NCBI RefSeq assembly: GCF_002113885.1
Contig: NW_018407955.1
Span: 800,480 to 836,648, forward strand
Source: Mizuhopecten yessoensis
Lineage: Eukaryota
Length of the DNA: 36,169 bases
Direction: 5' to 3'
Position numbers and translations under genes: made by a program. This document shows positions 11,847 through 22,143 of the stretch, in pieces. The notes beneath the pieces were generated by a model. That model was not told the origin of the DNA, made no database searches, and saw only the letters and a list, made by a program, of their open reading frames with translations. The stretch's first letter is position 1; each line of letters starts with the position of its first letter.

Positions 11847-11913
11847 CACTCCTATCTCAGGCAGGTACTGTTCCAAGTCCTCACCGGTCACCAGCCATTC
11901 CTCACCTACCAAT
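11847..11913 (-). CDS. MVP: MVP exon 8 ((R)LVGEEWLVTGEDLEQYLPEIGV)
   Basis: Acceptor ttgtag, donor GTG|GTCAGT. Donor chosen because it keeps the vault-repeat length and phase. Matches [22 protein letters not shown]. 67 nt. Confidence 0.75.
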
Positions 11914-12282
11914 CTACAAAACAGAATCAGGAAATAAGAGGCACATTGGACCTGTATCTGTCACTTTTTTTGACTAAATCAGAATCTCATTGATAGTTTG
12001 ATTGATTCCGCTGTCACATTTATCTCTGAACCAATTTCGAGATGAAAAGACAATTGCTCGAGTATTTCATAGCAGAATAATATATGTGATATTTGTGAAA
12101 TAAATGTCACTCGGAAAATGAAATATAAAGTCACTGCATGATGACTTACTTGTACTGGCCAATAAACAAAATTCATCAAAATACTGACAATTTTTTTACA
12201 AATCATTCCTGAAAAGAAACTGATACCTTGTAGAACTTTTATGAAAATCAAGATAAAATGATAGAATGTAACAGGGCCACAC

Positions 12283-12365
12283 CAGGTTTTGAACCTTGCA
12301 CCTTATGTCTAAATACAGTCACTTAAACAAACTGAGCTGCCTGACCAGTGGATCTGTCCCACTGC
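12283..12365 (-). repeat. tRNA-like SINE head fragment (minus strand)
   Basis: rc reads ggtcaggcagctcagtttgtttaagtgactg...ggttcaaaacctggtgtggccc. Homologous to the head at 33470-33560. Confidence 0.45.
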
Positions 12366-12475
12366 ACTTTATAATCAAACCAAAATTAAGGGGAGACTTC
12401 TATATGTTTTAAAAACTGTAATGGAATTCCCTAGTGTTTAGCATGCAGTGGATCCTAAATCAGAACTGAAGTTAC

Positions 12476-12570
12476 CTTTTGATGCCCTGCCTGTCAGTAA
12501 TGGAGTGTGTCGCTTGTAATCTCAGGCCTTGATCGGGTGTCAGTGTGACCTGTTTCTCCACACCCAAAAC
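12476..12570 (-). CDS. MVP: MVP exon 7 (VLGVEKQVTLTPDQGLRLQATHSITDRQGIK-)
   Basis: Acceptor gttacag, donor AG|GTAACT. Matches [32 protein letters not shown]. 95 nt. Confidence 0.85.
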
Positions 12571-13227
12571 CTGTAACAATGGCAATCAGCATAATTGCTG
12601 TATTTATCTTGCAATAACCCCACGCCTGGCATTAAGCTCACACATATATATTGCAGTTTAGCAGCAATGCTACAAAATACTATTTCATTGTCATGTTATA
12701 AGACAATCCCTTTGTATTGACTTATTGCATGAGTAAATGTGATAACTTAGTTACAGTATATATCATATGGTAATGGTATTTTTATTTTCATTTTCCTCAC
12801 TTATGATTTTCAAACAATAATGTATTGATTTCTAAAAAGATATATCTCTAAATTTTCTTTAGAATTTTGATTCACATACATACTTATGTATTGCAAATGA
12901 AAATCAGATACAGCAAAGATTTTTTTTTACAAAGGGGCTACTAAGATAAACACTCCAGGCTGCAAATGCCTCTTCATGACTGTATTGTTTTAAAACAACA
13001 GTGCATATCATAGACACACGTTTTGACTGAATGAGTAACAGCAGATAGCTCGTCCAATTTGAAACTTTTAAACCGCCATCATGTTTTGATGAAACTAGAT
13101 GCATACCTATCAGCTTCTAGTTTAAACATGTTTCTAGGGCCATTTTCCTTTAAACGGTTGAACCGGTCGGACCACAGCTGTTCGTTTATTAAATAAGGTT
13201 GGACCTAGTAATCTGATGCTGCTTTCA

Positions 13228-13275
13228 GGCAAGCCTTGTCAAAGCCTTGACAAAGCCTTTACAAAGCCTTGCAAG
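13228..13275. repeat. 10-bp tandem repeat (acaaagcctt)x4-5
   Basis: caagccttgtcaaagccttgacaaagcctttacaaagccttgcaaggcc. Confidence 0.8.
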
Positions 13276-13407
13276 GCCTGCATAAACATTTGCGATCCGC
13301 CAGGATTATATACCCGAAATTGATACATTTAAAAATGAACAAACCGGTTGTTCTGCATAAACAAACGGTTCCTGGGTTATGTCGAGTCGATGTTTGTTAA
13401 TTTTTAC

Positions 13408-13477
13408 CTTTTCATATACGTCCGGGAGGTAGTCTCCTGTCGTGTAATGGATCCACTCCTCACCGGTCACACGCTCC
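13408..13477 (-). CDS. MVP: MVP exon 6 ((V)[23 protein letters not shown])
   Basis: Acceptor ctttaaag, donor AAG|GTAAAA. Matches [24 protein letters not shown]. 70 nt. Confidence 0.85.
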
Positions 13478-13911
13478 CTTTAAAGAAAAATCTATCAAGT
13501 TGACATGATTAAAAGAATTTAATAAGTAGACCTTTTTATGACACCAAATAGTACTTAAGGTTTTGTGACGGGAGAACGTATTCAAAAAGAGAGCCACCAT
13601 TATATTCCCCAGCGGAAATCTTGCAAAATTCTATTTTTAGTGTTAGTGACCTTGACCTTGAGCCAGTCATGCCCAGAATTAACACGGTTTTTGACATTAC
13701 AAAGGGCAACAATCAAGCTATCATTCAGACTACTCCAACAGTGTTAGAGGTTTCCACGGCGAGATACTTTATACAGGAGCGTAGTCGGCAAATTCATATC
13801 CGATAGAAACAAGAGGCCCATGGGCCTTAACGGTCACCTGAGTCCTACAATATTTATTTTTGTTGTTGAAATATGTACCAATTTGAGTAAAAAATAGTAT
13901 AATGTTAACTT

Positions 13912-14372
13912 AACTTTGTCAGGACCATGAGCTGATCATTCCTAGACCAATTTTAAGTGAGATCGGCCTATTAGAACTTAGTAGCAAAATAGCGGCCATG
14001 GCAGCCAAATTGTATTTCTGATTGACCCGAAAAATAACAACACTTTGTCAGGACCATGAGGCGATCATTCCTACCAACTTTCAGTTCAATCGGTCCAGCA
14101 GAACTTGACTTTAAGTTTGAAATAGGTTTTCAAAATGGCGGCCGTGGCGGCCATATTGGATTTCTGATCGACCCGAAAAATAACAACACTTTGTCAGGAC
14201 CATGAGGCGATCATTCCTACCAACTTTCAGTTCAATCGGCCCAGCAGAACTTGACTTTAAGTTTGAAATGTAAAATGTTAACGGACGACGGATGACAGAC
14301 GACGGACGACGACGGACGAAAACGGATAGCAATAGGTCACTTGAGCTAAAGCTCAGGTGACCTAAAAAGGCA
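13912..14372 (+). repeat. Tandem-repeat element: ~146-bp unit x ~2.6 followed by an ACGG-rich tract and a terminal hairpin (aggtcacttgag..ctcaggtgacct)
   Basis: Units start at 13912, 14042 and 14188 (actttgtcaggaccatgaggcgatcattcctaccaa...). Tail 14271-14372 is acggacgacggatgacagacgacggacgacgacggacgaaaacgg + hairpin + ctaaaaa. Confidence 0.75.
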
Positions 14373-14689
14373 TACCAGCGGCCACTTATGTTATAGGAGT
14401 ATCATTCAGACAAGAAAAACCATGTCAAATTCACTTTTTAGCAACTGTTAGAATTCCCATGATTCTGTGTGCCTATTCTGTAGTGCACTTCTGGCGATGT
14501 TATTGTGATATGAGTACTACGCCAGAACATCACCAGAATATCAACGCTAGGGCGGCAATATTCTGGGCATTTCTGGCAACACGTTCTGGTGAACTGATTT
14601 ATGTGCAGCGGTATTGCTGCAATATAGCCGTAATATCACTGCAGACTTTCTCATTTTTGTAAGGGCTTGCTTGGCCATGTTCTACATAC

Positions 14690-14781
14690 ACGCCATTGCA
14701 GTCCGTGAAGTACACAGTTGCGCTGAGTCTCAGTCCCTCTCCATTCTGCAACACTATCGGTTCAACCATCTTCTCTATTTC
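14690..14781 (-). CDS. MVP: MVP exon 5 (EIEKMVEPIVLQNGEGLRLSATVYFTDCNG-)
   Basis: Acceptor atttgtag, donor GT|GTATGT chosen by phase. Matches [32 protein letters not shown]. 92 nt, ends phase 2. Confidence 0.75.
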
Positions 14782-15199
14782 CTACAAATTAAACAAACAA
14801 AATTAAGAAAGTTAATTTCTTAAGAATTCAGCTTAAAACAGAAAACATTGATCCAACATCCAAACTATACATCCTATGGGCTACCACAGAATGATACATT
14901 TGGGACAAACTGGCTGCGATGAAACTTTGCAGTTTTAAATGAACAACACTGGAACCAATTTACCTTGCTACCATTACATAACTTTCTATTACCGGTAGTG
15001 GGGTTGTATGTAACTATACTCATATTTCAAGGGTGAAGATGACCATTTCCTTGTCCCAACCTGAGTGAGACATTCTGAAAAATTTCTTGATGTCGCAATG
15101 AAGCTAAATGAGTCAAGTCACTTTTTATGCATGAACATTATCTCTTTCCAACAATAGACAAAACACTACGAATTTCCAATGCTGATTTGTGTACATACA

Positions 15200-15335
15200 G
15201 TAACCTCCCTGTAATTTCAGTTTGGTAATAACTGCAGTATTACTGGGTCAGGTCAACTTCTGTCCACCAGGTAGCTCTGGCTGTTATAGTGACAGTATAA
15301 AGATCCAAAGTCCGGGTTCGAATCCTGATCAGTTT
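15200..15335 (+). repeat. tRNA-related SINE-like repeat, family V copy (acagtaacctccc... + tRNA-like GGTAGCTC..GGGTTCGAATCC)
   Basis: Shares a leader and tRNA-like A/B boxes with 17950-18090 and 27418-27730. Does not fold as an intact tRNA. Confidence 0.5.
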
Positions 15336-15828
15336 TATTTTACTTTTATACTGTATAACATGAAATGTTCATTGTGTATAAACATTTATTTTCGTGGATT
15401 TTATTGAACCACGAAAATAAATACAAGGAATTTGAATGATATGCGTGTCTTTTGTGTGTTAATATGGAATATGCATGAAAGTTTGTACCACGAAACAATC
15501 TAAATGACTTCAAACCACGAAGGAAAGTCCCCACGAACATCTCGTGTTATACAGTACTCAGAACACTGCTGTGGATTCTTTTATGGTTTATTTATCACAG
15601 GGGTGTTTTTTTCATAAAAGTTCTGCAATGTATCTTATTCTTTTCAGAAATTATTTATCAAAAGGAGCTACACTCAATTTCAAAGCTTTTCGATTTTACC
15701 ATTACACTGCTGCAGGATTCCTTTGATCTTCATCAGACATTAGACTTGTCTACATGTATTATCCGCAAGGTGCTGTGTAAAGAGCCTTTAATTTTATCTT
15801 TAATAAGATTCATCAGTTTGGAAATATG

Positions 15829-16170
15829 CTATATCAAAGTTTTGCTTTCTACACAAACAATGTACATACGCGACGTTTTAAGACCGACTGGTCCCTTTGT
15901 CAAGCTATGACTGAGTGAGCGATTTGTATTTTTTACCTGTACAATGATGTAATGCTGTAATTAAACTATCTGATGCAGTGTGTATACGATAGGCGAAACG
16001 TCCCGGGTCGAGTGACTTCAAAAATATACAATTTCGTCAGATTGTTGTACTGGTAAAAAATACAAATCGCTCACTCAGTCATAGCTTGACAAAGGGACCA
16101 GTCAGTCTTGATACCTTGTGACACGCTTAAAATCTACATTTTTTGTGCAGAAAGCAAAACTTTGATATAG
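15829..16170. mobile_element. Foldback/MITE-like element with ~110-bp terminal inverted repeats
   Basis: Left arm 15829-15938 (ctatatcaaagttttgctttctacacaaacaatgtacat...gaccgactggtccctttgtcaagctatgactgagtgagcgatttgtattttttacc) is near-identical to the rc of the right arm 16040-16170. Confidence 0.7.
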
Positions 16171-16409
16171 TCTTTAATTTTGTCAAAGCATCTTACAGGC
16201 CCCGGGATCATGACACAATTTAAGACTGAAGTGTTTGCTTAGCCAATCACATATAACGTTACATTTCATGAAATTATTGTGATTGGTTGACTTCAGACAA
16301 TTTTTGACTGAAGATCGATTCATGATCTCGTGAATCAAAATCAGAACCATTGGATTCCAAGGTAGGCTATACAGTTGAAACTGGAGGGATGAGAGATGAA
16401 ATGACTTAC

Positions 16410-16634
16410 CGCTTCAGGAGAAGGGAAATAGGTGAGGGGGCCTTTCAGCTGCCACTGGTCCCCAGCCTGATATTTCCCCATCTCATTTTCAAAGTCCACC
16501 AGTGCTCTCAGTCTGATTGCATGGTTAGCCTTTACCGTAGGGAGGGGCTTCAAGGCTGGCGCATAGCTTGACCTACCTGTTTGGTACTCAGGGGCCCCAC
16601 TAAGGACCTCGCCAGGCAACAGGGGAAAGGGCTC
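16410..16634 (-). CDS. MVP: MVP exon 4 (EPFPLLPGEVL...ANHAIRLRALVDFENEMGKYQAGDQWQLKGPLTYFPSPEA)
   Basis: Acceptor attgtag, donor GCG|GTAAGT. Matches DPFPLYPGEVL...[35 protein letters not shown]. 225 nt, phase 0 to 0. Overlaps six-frame ORF 16341..16619(-). Confidence 0.9.
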
Positions 16635-17439
16635 CTACAATACCAACAATATCTCATTGTAGTAGAAAACACCATTTTTCCTATAGTCCCGTCCCATTGG
16701 TTGGATCATAATCACATGGAGGTCAGTAATTTAGGATATTGATTAGGTGTTACTTTTATTTTGGAACAGCAGGTTAATAATCTATTTATGACCTTGTTTC
16801 AACTGTAATGTAAAAATGCTCTCTGCCAAATGCAGTAGATTTCTCCTGACAATTTTTATACATTCCATCTTGTTAATAATAGAAATGAGATTCATTATTC
16901 GGTATTAATTAGAGACTCTTATTCAGGTGAAAATGTGGTTAAATGGACGTGAAAAATAGATAATGACCCGGACTTTGTATATGTCTATATCACATTCTCA
17001 GATCCATAAAACCACATATATTTACCTTTACAAAAGTCCATCACTGATAAATAGTCTCACAGCAAATATAGCTGTTCTTGAATATTTGTTGGCAGGTGTA
17101 GTTTCCCTACTTTGTCCCTTACCATTCCCACTCCAACACCTCCCACCTTGATAGGTAGGTAGAGACTATTTTTTTCATTTTCGGACATGTCTGGTTTCTT
17201 AGTTTGAAACATTAATTTTGAGGATTCTTTCAGCCAAATGTTGTTTGTTTATTAAAAGTTAATTGGAAAAAAAAAGTAGTTATCAACTATGGGGAACTGC
17301 AAACAATTTTTACTGATAGCCTAGTGACTCATTTCAAAATGTCTTTGAATATTCATGATCAACGTCCAAATAATTCCTTCATTCCAAATATCTTGTCATT
17401 CTGAAACAGTAGTCACTGATTCTTTATACATTTCCAAAA

Positions 17440-17530
17440 ACTATTGACTTTTAACCCCTGACCACTGTAGACCTTAATAGATTCACCCAAGTCAATGCAT
17501 GGTAGAGTCTAGTAAAGTTACATAGGGGTG
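17440..17530 (-). repeat. Partial copy of the SINE-X 3' region
   Basis: ggtagagtctagtaaagttacataggggtgaaatgg and upstream bases match 1790-1870. Confidence 0.5.
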
Positions 17531-17644
17531 AAATGGTAAATATTCTATTATTCCATAACCGTATGTGCTATTTGTTTAAGTTCACCAATTTCATTGTTAA
17601 TAAAACATCTACCCCCCGTAGGTGAACTAGAGGTGACTACTTAC

Positions 17645-17708
17645 CTGGTAAAATTTGTACTGTTTTTGGCCCAGAAGGTTCTGACTAACTTGACCAGGTA
17701 CATAATTC
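17645..17708 (-). CDS. MVP: MVP exon 3 ((M)NYVPGQVSQNLLGQKQYKFYQ)
   Basis: Acceptor ttttttttcttcag, donor CAG|GTAAGT. The single leading base completes the ATG codon from exon 2. Aligns with GQVRLRHADLEIRLAQ (GQV conserved); a few residues shorter than the vertebrate protein here. Confidence 0.65.
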
Positions 17709-17949
17709 CTGAAGAAAAAAAATCACAGGGATCAGACATTATCTATCTTTTGTAGAATTGTTAAATATTTGAAAAAAAAAATTAATGTACATGTATATAT
17801 ATTCATTACCAATTATGTGAAAACATTGTTACAGTGCAAACCTCAGTCCAATGAAAGTTTTATGTCAAAGAAAGAGTCAAGAATTCATCTGTCACCCCTA
17901 CATATCAATCCCCAGTATGTTAACCTCAGTACCGTATTTCCTCTGTAGA

Positions 17950-18090
17950 ATTTCATATATACAGTAACCTCCCCTTAATTTCATTTTGTGATGTAATTGT
18001 ATTGGGCAGAAGCACTACCGTTGACCAGGTAGCTCAGTTGGTTAGAACAACCGTTTACTGATCAGAGGTGTAGGGTTTAAATCTTGGAGA
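17950..18090 (+). repeat. tRNA-related SINE-like repeat, family V copy
   Basis: acagtaacctccccttaatttc...ccaggtagctcagttggttagaacaaccg...gggtttaaatc. Confidence 0.5.
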
Positions 18091-18225
18091 AGCCCCATTG
18101 CATTTTCACAATAAGAATACTGTTGTTGCTTCATTTTTGTTAATTACATCATTGTCAGCTTTTCACAAAAGTTTTGCAAGTATGGTTTTCTTTTTCGATA
18201 GGAGTTGTCAAAGCTATAGTAATGC

Positions 18226-18611
18226 CATCCTCGATATCCAGGGGTTACGCTCACTTTCCCTCTCTGCACCCCTGGAATATGTCATAGCAAAATTGAAGGC
18301 ATGAACATAGCTGTTTGATTGGTCTCAGGTAAACAAAACTGAACAATAGCTAGGCTGATACCTGTCCTTTGAAGATTACAAAGGCGAGCCACCTGACTTC
18401 AAAGCGGATTTAGCCTGTCAATTTTTACTGTTATGTGACCATGATATTCTTTTGATGTACATCAAACTAGTCTTCTTGTTTCAGCAACAAGGTGGGAGCT
18501 TTGTTGCAGAAACAAGAAGACTAGTTTGATGTACATCAAAAGAATATCACGGTCATTTGCTTCCAGGGGTGTAGAGAGGAAAGTGAGCATAACCCCTGGA
18601 TATTGAGGATG
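18226..18611. mobile_element. MITE copy 1 (~70-bp TIRs, internal 105-bp palindrome), in the MVP intron between exons 2 and 3
   Basis: Left TIR catcctcgatatccaggggttacgctcactttccctctctgcacccctggaa. Right TIR is its reverse complement, ending ...ccaggggtgtagagaggaaagtgagcataacccctggatattgaggatg. Degenerate 9-bp flanks tagtaatgc / cagtattgc. Perfect 40-bp inverted repeat at 18445-18549. Confidence 0.75.
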
Positions 18612-18659
18612 CAGTATTGCTAGAAAATACAAGAATCTTTAAGAAATTTCATACCTAGA

Positions 18660-18735
18660 TACTTTTGTAAACTCATTCACCCCTACATTTATAAACTGGA
18701 CTTGCCCAGTCTTTGATTTGGTAGGGTTGAAATGT
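18660..18735. repeat. Family Y mini-element copy (inverted orientation)
   Basis: rc reads cctgaaagccacatttcaaccctaccaaatcaaagactgggcaagtccagtttataaatgtaggggtgaatgag. Confidence 0.5.
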
Positions 18736-18792
18736 GGCTTTCAGGGTACATGTACGGTATATGGTTAATAAATGTTTAACAAATATACATAC

Positions 18793-18926
18793 ATGCAAGG
18801 GTTCTCTATGACACAGTAATGCCCTGGAGGGACTTTGATCATAGGCAGGGGCCCTCGATGTAGCTTCTCATTGTTCTTCAGAACAACTGTCTTTGGACCG
18901 ATATCAATACTGGTGATATTCCTGTT
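18793..18926 (-). CDS. MVP: MVP exon 2 (NRNITSIDIGPKTVVLKNNEKLHRGPLPMIKVPPGHYCVIENPC-)
   Basis: Acceptor tttttttaacag, donor CAT|GTATGT. Matches human [44 protein letters not shown]. 134 nt, ends phase 2. Confidence 0.85.
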
Positions 18927-20326
18927 CTGTTAAAAAAAATCAAAAAAATCTGATGATTAATTAATTAATTCAAACTACTCTCAAACTACATCAGACTTAT
19001 GACCAGTGCAAATATTAGTACTTGCCTAAAACATTGTCTACATATCCTATCTTACAGTTTGTTACCAAGTGTACTGTCGGTGTAGTATACCTTGACTATC
19101 TCTCCCATGAACATCTCTTGATTGTTCAGAAGATGTTGTACAAAACACTGTGTTAAAGCCGGACTACAGACAAACAACTGATATCACACCATGGTATAAC
19201 AACTTAACATGCTGTTTGGGCAGGTGAGCTAAAAATGAGAAAAAAAGTGATTGATTCAAACCAAAATTTCGCTTTAATCTATTAGAAGTCAGCAGAGTTA
19301 ATTAGCACTAATTCAGTATAATTGAGCAAGAATCCTGCTCATGAGGCAAAGGAAAAAGAAATACTTTTACCCATTTTGCTAGCCAGGTTTCTAGCCTTAC
19401 CTATAGTGTTTGTACCAGGAAAAGTCAGGATTGCATAATTCAATGAAACATCCTATTTTGTTATGGATCAGATGTACATATGCACAAAACCTTTACCTTT
19501 TAAATGTCCGACTTTGAAGTCCATTGTAAAACATGATATACTATGGGTTGCAAACTTTATATCATAAGTCGTTAAGAAAACATTTATCATTGTCTTGGAT
19601 TGAACATATATATATATATATTTCTGTATCTTGGTATCGACCTAATAAACTTATTTCATGATAAATAACATTAATTTATATTATGTGTTATTATTTACAA
19701 TTTGCTGGCTTAATGCGTTGTATATATTCTCAGAACACAGTTTACTAAATTAGTAATTGGTTATGGTCGATCACAGAAAATATTGCTCTGCCATTTTTAG
19801 TCCTTGCTTACTTTTATGTGTGCATTCTCTATTTTTAGTTTGCTTGCATGATTTTGTTTTTATGTTGTTGTAAAGATATGCTTGTATGTATTCGGTTAAA
19901 AGCTCATTAGAGCTTATGTTTGTAGTTTGTAACTATACCGAATTAAAATAAAACTTTCATATATATATAATCATATATACATGATTAACCGATTGGGAAC
20001 TCTTTTTTATGACCACCTTCTGTAATGAACTTAGTGTTAGCACATTCTCCGGGCCTCTAATTACGTGCAAAAAAACATGGAAAGCATAAAATAAGATATA
20101 AACAAAGTGCACGCAGAGATTTTATGGTAAAAAAAAACAAAAAACTATCGATAGTATACTTTCACGACGGCAACTTTCATAGCCTATGGACATCGTGCTG
20201 AGTCGACAACTTCGACATTGTCACAACCAGGGCAGTTGCATTGACAACTGTCAAAAACTGTCAGAAATTCCCCATAAATATTGCTTTATATTAATTGACA
20301 ATTGTACAAATTTGTATTTTACTTAC

Positions 20327-20386
20327 TAGATCAGTCACATGCACATAAAAATGTGGCTTCAGACCGATAATGCTGCCGGTAGCCAT
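20327..20386 (-). CDS. MVP: MVP exon 1 (start codon; MATGSIIGLKPHFYVHVTDL)
   Basis: ATG = rc of 20384-20386, ~45 bp downstream of TATA. Matches the [20 protein letters not shown] N-terminus of MVP. Donor GTAAGT (rc of 20321-20326), phase 0. Confidence 0.75.
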
Positions 20387-20428
20387 AGTTGTCGTTTTCT
20401 ATGTCTATTCTTGTCAATGACGCGTTTG

Positions 20429-20436
20429 TTTATAAA
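20429..20436 (-). promoter_or_regulatory. TATA box (TTTATAAA) of the MVP promoter with adjacent GC box (GGGCGG, rc of 20438-20443)
   Basis: TTTATAAA lies 43-50 bp upstream of the exon 1 ATG on the minus strand. GC box immediately upstream. Implies a TSS near 20400 and a very short 5'UTR. Confidence 0.55.
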
Positions 20437-20447
20437 TCCGCCCGTCT

Positions 20448-20459
20448 AGTTTCACTTCC
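20448..20459 (-). promoter_or_regulatory. ISRE/IRF-like element GGAAGTGAAACT on the minus strand, ~12 bp upstream of the TATA box
   Basis: One mismatch to the ISRE consensus GAAANNGAAACT. A second GAAACT half-site lies on the + strand at 20534-20541. Confidence 0.35.
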
Positions 20460-21639
20460 GCATATGTACATACCGGTATTTTTGGCGAAGGGTGGAAAGC
20501 GGATTATGTTCCGGCAAAAATGAAGTACCTGTCGTGAAACTAATACCATGGTAACAAATTACGGAATCTCTCTAACATTCTGTCAGTTATATATTATTTT
20601 AGAATACACATTTTTTTCTTTCCATATACAATTCAATTGTATATAATAACAGTAGAAAATAACGATGTAGGTAAAAAATATTCTTTCTGAAAAATATCAT
20701 CAGAGTTATCTCCCTTCTTCCATGTCTCTTTAGTTTAGAGGAGTTGAACACGGTTCTTGTAAACAAGTGTCTGTTGCCTGCGAACACAAAGCCCTCTAAC
20801 TCTTCGCTATAGACACTCCATTTTAAATAAATTCTGTATCTTAAATCAGTAAAATTCCCGTTTTTGGTCGAAACAGGTTCAAAAGCGCCATACCTCTTTC
20901 TTTTCTCAAATTCAGTATGGCTTCATGCCCGGAGATTCTGCCATTTATCAATAATTGGACACATACCTTACGATATCAGGAAGGTTAAGATATTGATAAG
21001 AAAAATATTTCTGACAGTGGAGGAGGGGTGTGGGTTGAAGGTGTTGGGGGGGGGGATATATATTTGATTAAGTCTGACATAAGAATCATTTTTATAAATT
21101 TAATTAAAATCAGTTTAATGGGTAACTCAGGACACCTTTTACGCTGTTTCGAAAATTCCTAGTTGTAAGAATGGGTAAGTCAACCGAGCCTCAGAGTAAC
21201 AAATAGAAACTTTAGAACCAGGGTAATACATTTTCTGAGATACCCCTGACTTCAATTAAATTAATAAATAGGAGTCTTATTTCAGACTCGGTCAAATATT
21301 TTCAAGCCCTCCTCCCCTTTCCACATCCCGACCTAATCCATTCTTTCCTACCGGAAAGACCGACTTTAGCTCAATATCTAGATAGTCTCTAGATATAAAA
21401 CTCGGTGTTCTACAGGGCTCCGTTCTAGGTCCTACACTATTTCCCTTTTACATATTAATCACGGTGTATGTGTATTAATATTTCTTTAGTAATATGTTAT
21501 GTGTGTTTGTTCAGTATTCGAGTCTTCGCAGTAGAAAGTCCATATCAAGTGGTCAGCGTCCACAGATGATGGTGTTATCCAGAGACATATAAAGCCAGTA
21601 GTATATACATCTCTGTGCTACCAGACTGCTAACACGATT

Positions 21640-22040
21640 ATCTCACCTGCTAGTTACGTATGTGGAATATACCGGCAAAAGTCAGTAGGTCATAGATATA
21701 GGTCAACGTCTCTTCACTGACTTACACACACTTAGGAGGTTAACATTCCTTGCCAGGTGTTGCAGTTAAAAGTATGTCACTTGTTCAAAACATTTTTTTG
21801 TGACGACATCATCAATGATTGATGTTTTTACGTGACCATCTGCATTTATAATTATGATGTCATAATAAATAATTCCTCCTGGTGGTCAAGTGACGCAGTT
21901 GTTAGCACATCCGCCTTTCACCAAGAAAGCCAGGATTTGACTCCCATTTGGACTTGAAAATGGCTGGGGTCTCCTGCCTGGCCTTTTAGGTTTTCTTCTG
22001 TTACTCTGCTTGCCTCTAATATTAGACTCCCTGCATGTTA
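21640..22040 (+). repeat. Composite ~400-bp repeat with an embedded tRNA-derived SINE head (GGTGACGCAGTTGTTAGCAC...GGATTTGACTCCCA), copy 1
   Basis: Aligns with 29150-29590 along its length (aaaagtcagtaggtcatagatataggtcaa...gacatcatcaatgattga...cctttcaccaag...catttggacttgaaaa..ggggtctcctgcctggc). Confidence 0.7.
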
Positions 22041-22143
22041 CTATCGAGGCCAAGAGGAATGACGTCACACGCGACGTCCCGCCGAACGAACTTGGGGAGG
22101 GGTCCCTGGTGTTACCCAGAGACATATAAAGCCAGTGGTATAT

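Larger units (their letters stand above)
1190..20436 (-). other. MVP: Major vault protein (MVP) gene locus, partial. Promoter plus 17 coding exons; the 3' third of the gene lies beyond the window start.
   Basis: 17 minus-strand exons with canonical AG/GT boundaries and conserved phase (cumulative 1620 nt, 540 codons). Translation colinear with vertebrate MVP: [147 protein letters not shown]. Confidence 0.9.

Noticed and set aside
16341-16619. 92-aa ORF on the minus strand
   Set aside because: Not an independent gene. It is MVP exon 4 (correct frame) running on into the flanking intron; the real exon boundaries are 16410-16634.
18030-18090. Candidate tRNA genes (GGTAGCTCAGTTGGTTAGA.., GGTGGCGCAGTGGTTAACAC.., GGTCCTGGGTTCAACTCCTAGCAGAAGCA at 29600-29680)
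   Set aside because: None folds into a complete cloverleaf with a paired acceptor stem. All sit inside multi-copy repeat units. Interpreted as tRNA-derived SINE heads or tRNA pseudogene fragments.
18226-18611. The inverted repeats at 18232-18272 / 18563-18603 as a regulatory palindrome of MVP
   Set aside because: The same TIRs recur at 28696-29042 with a target-site duplication, so this is a mobile element (MITE), not a gene-specific regulatory structure.
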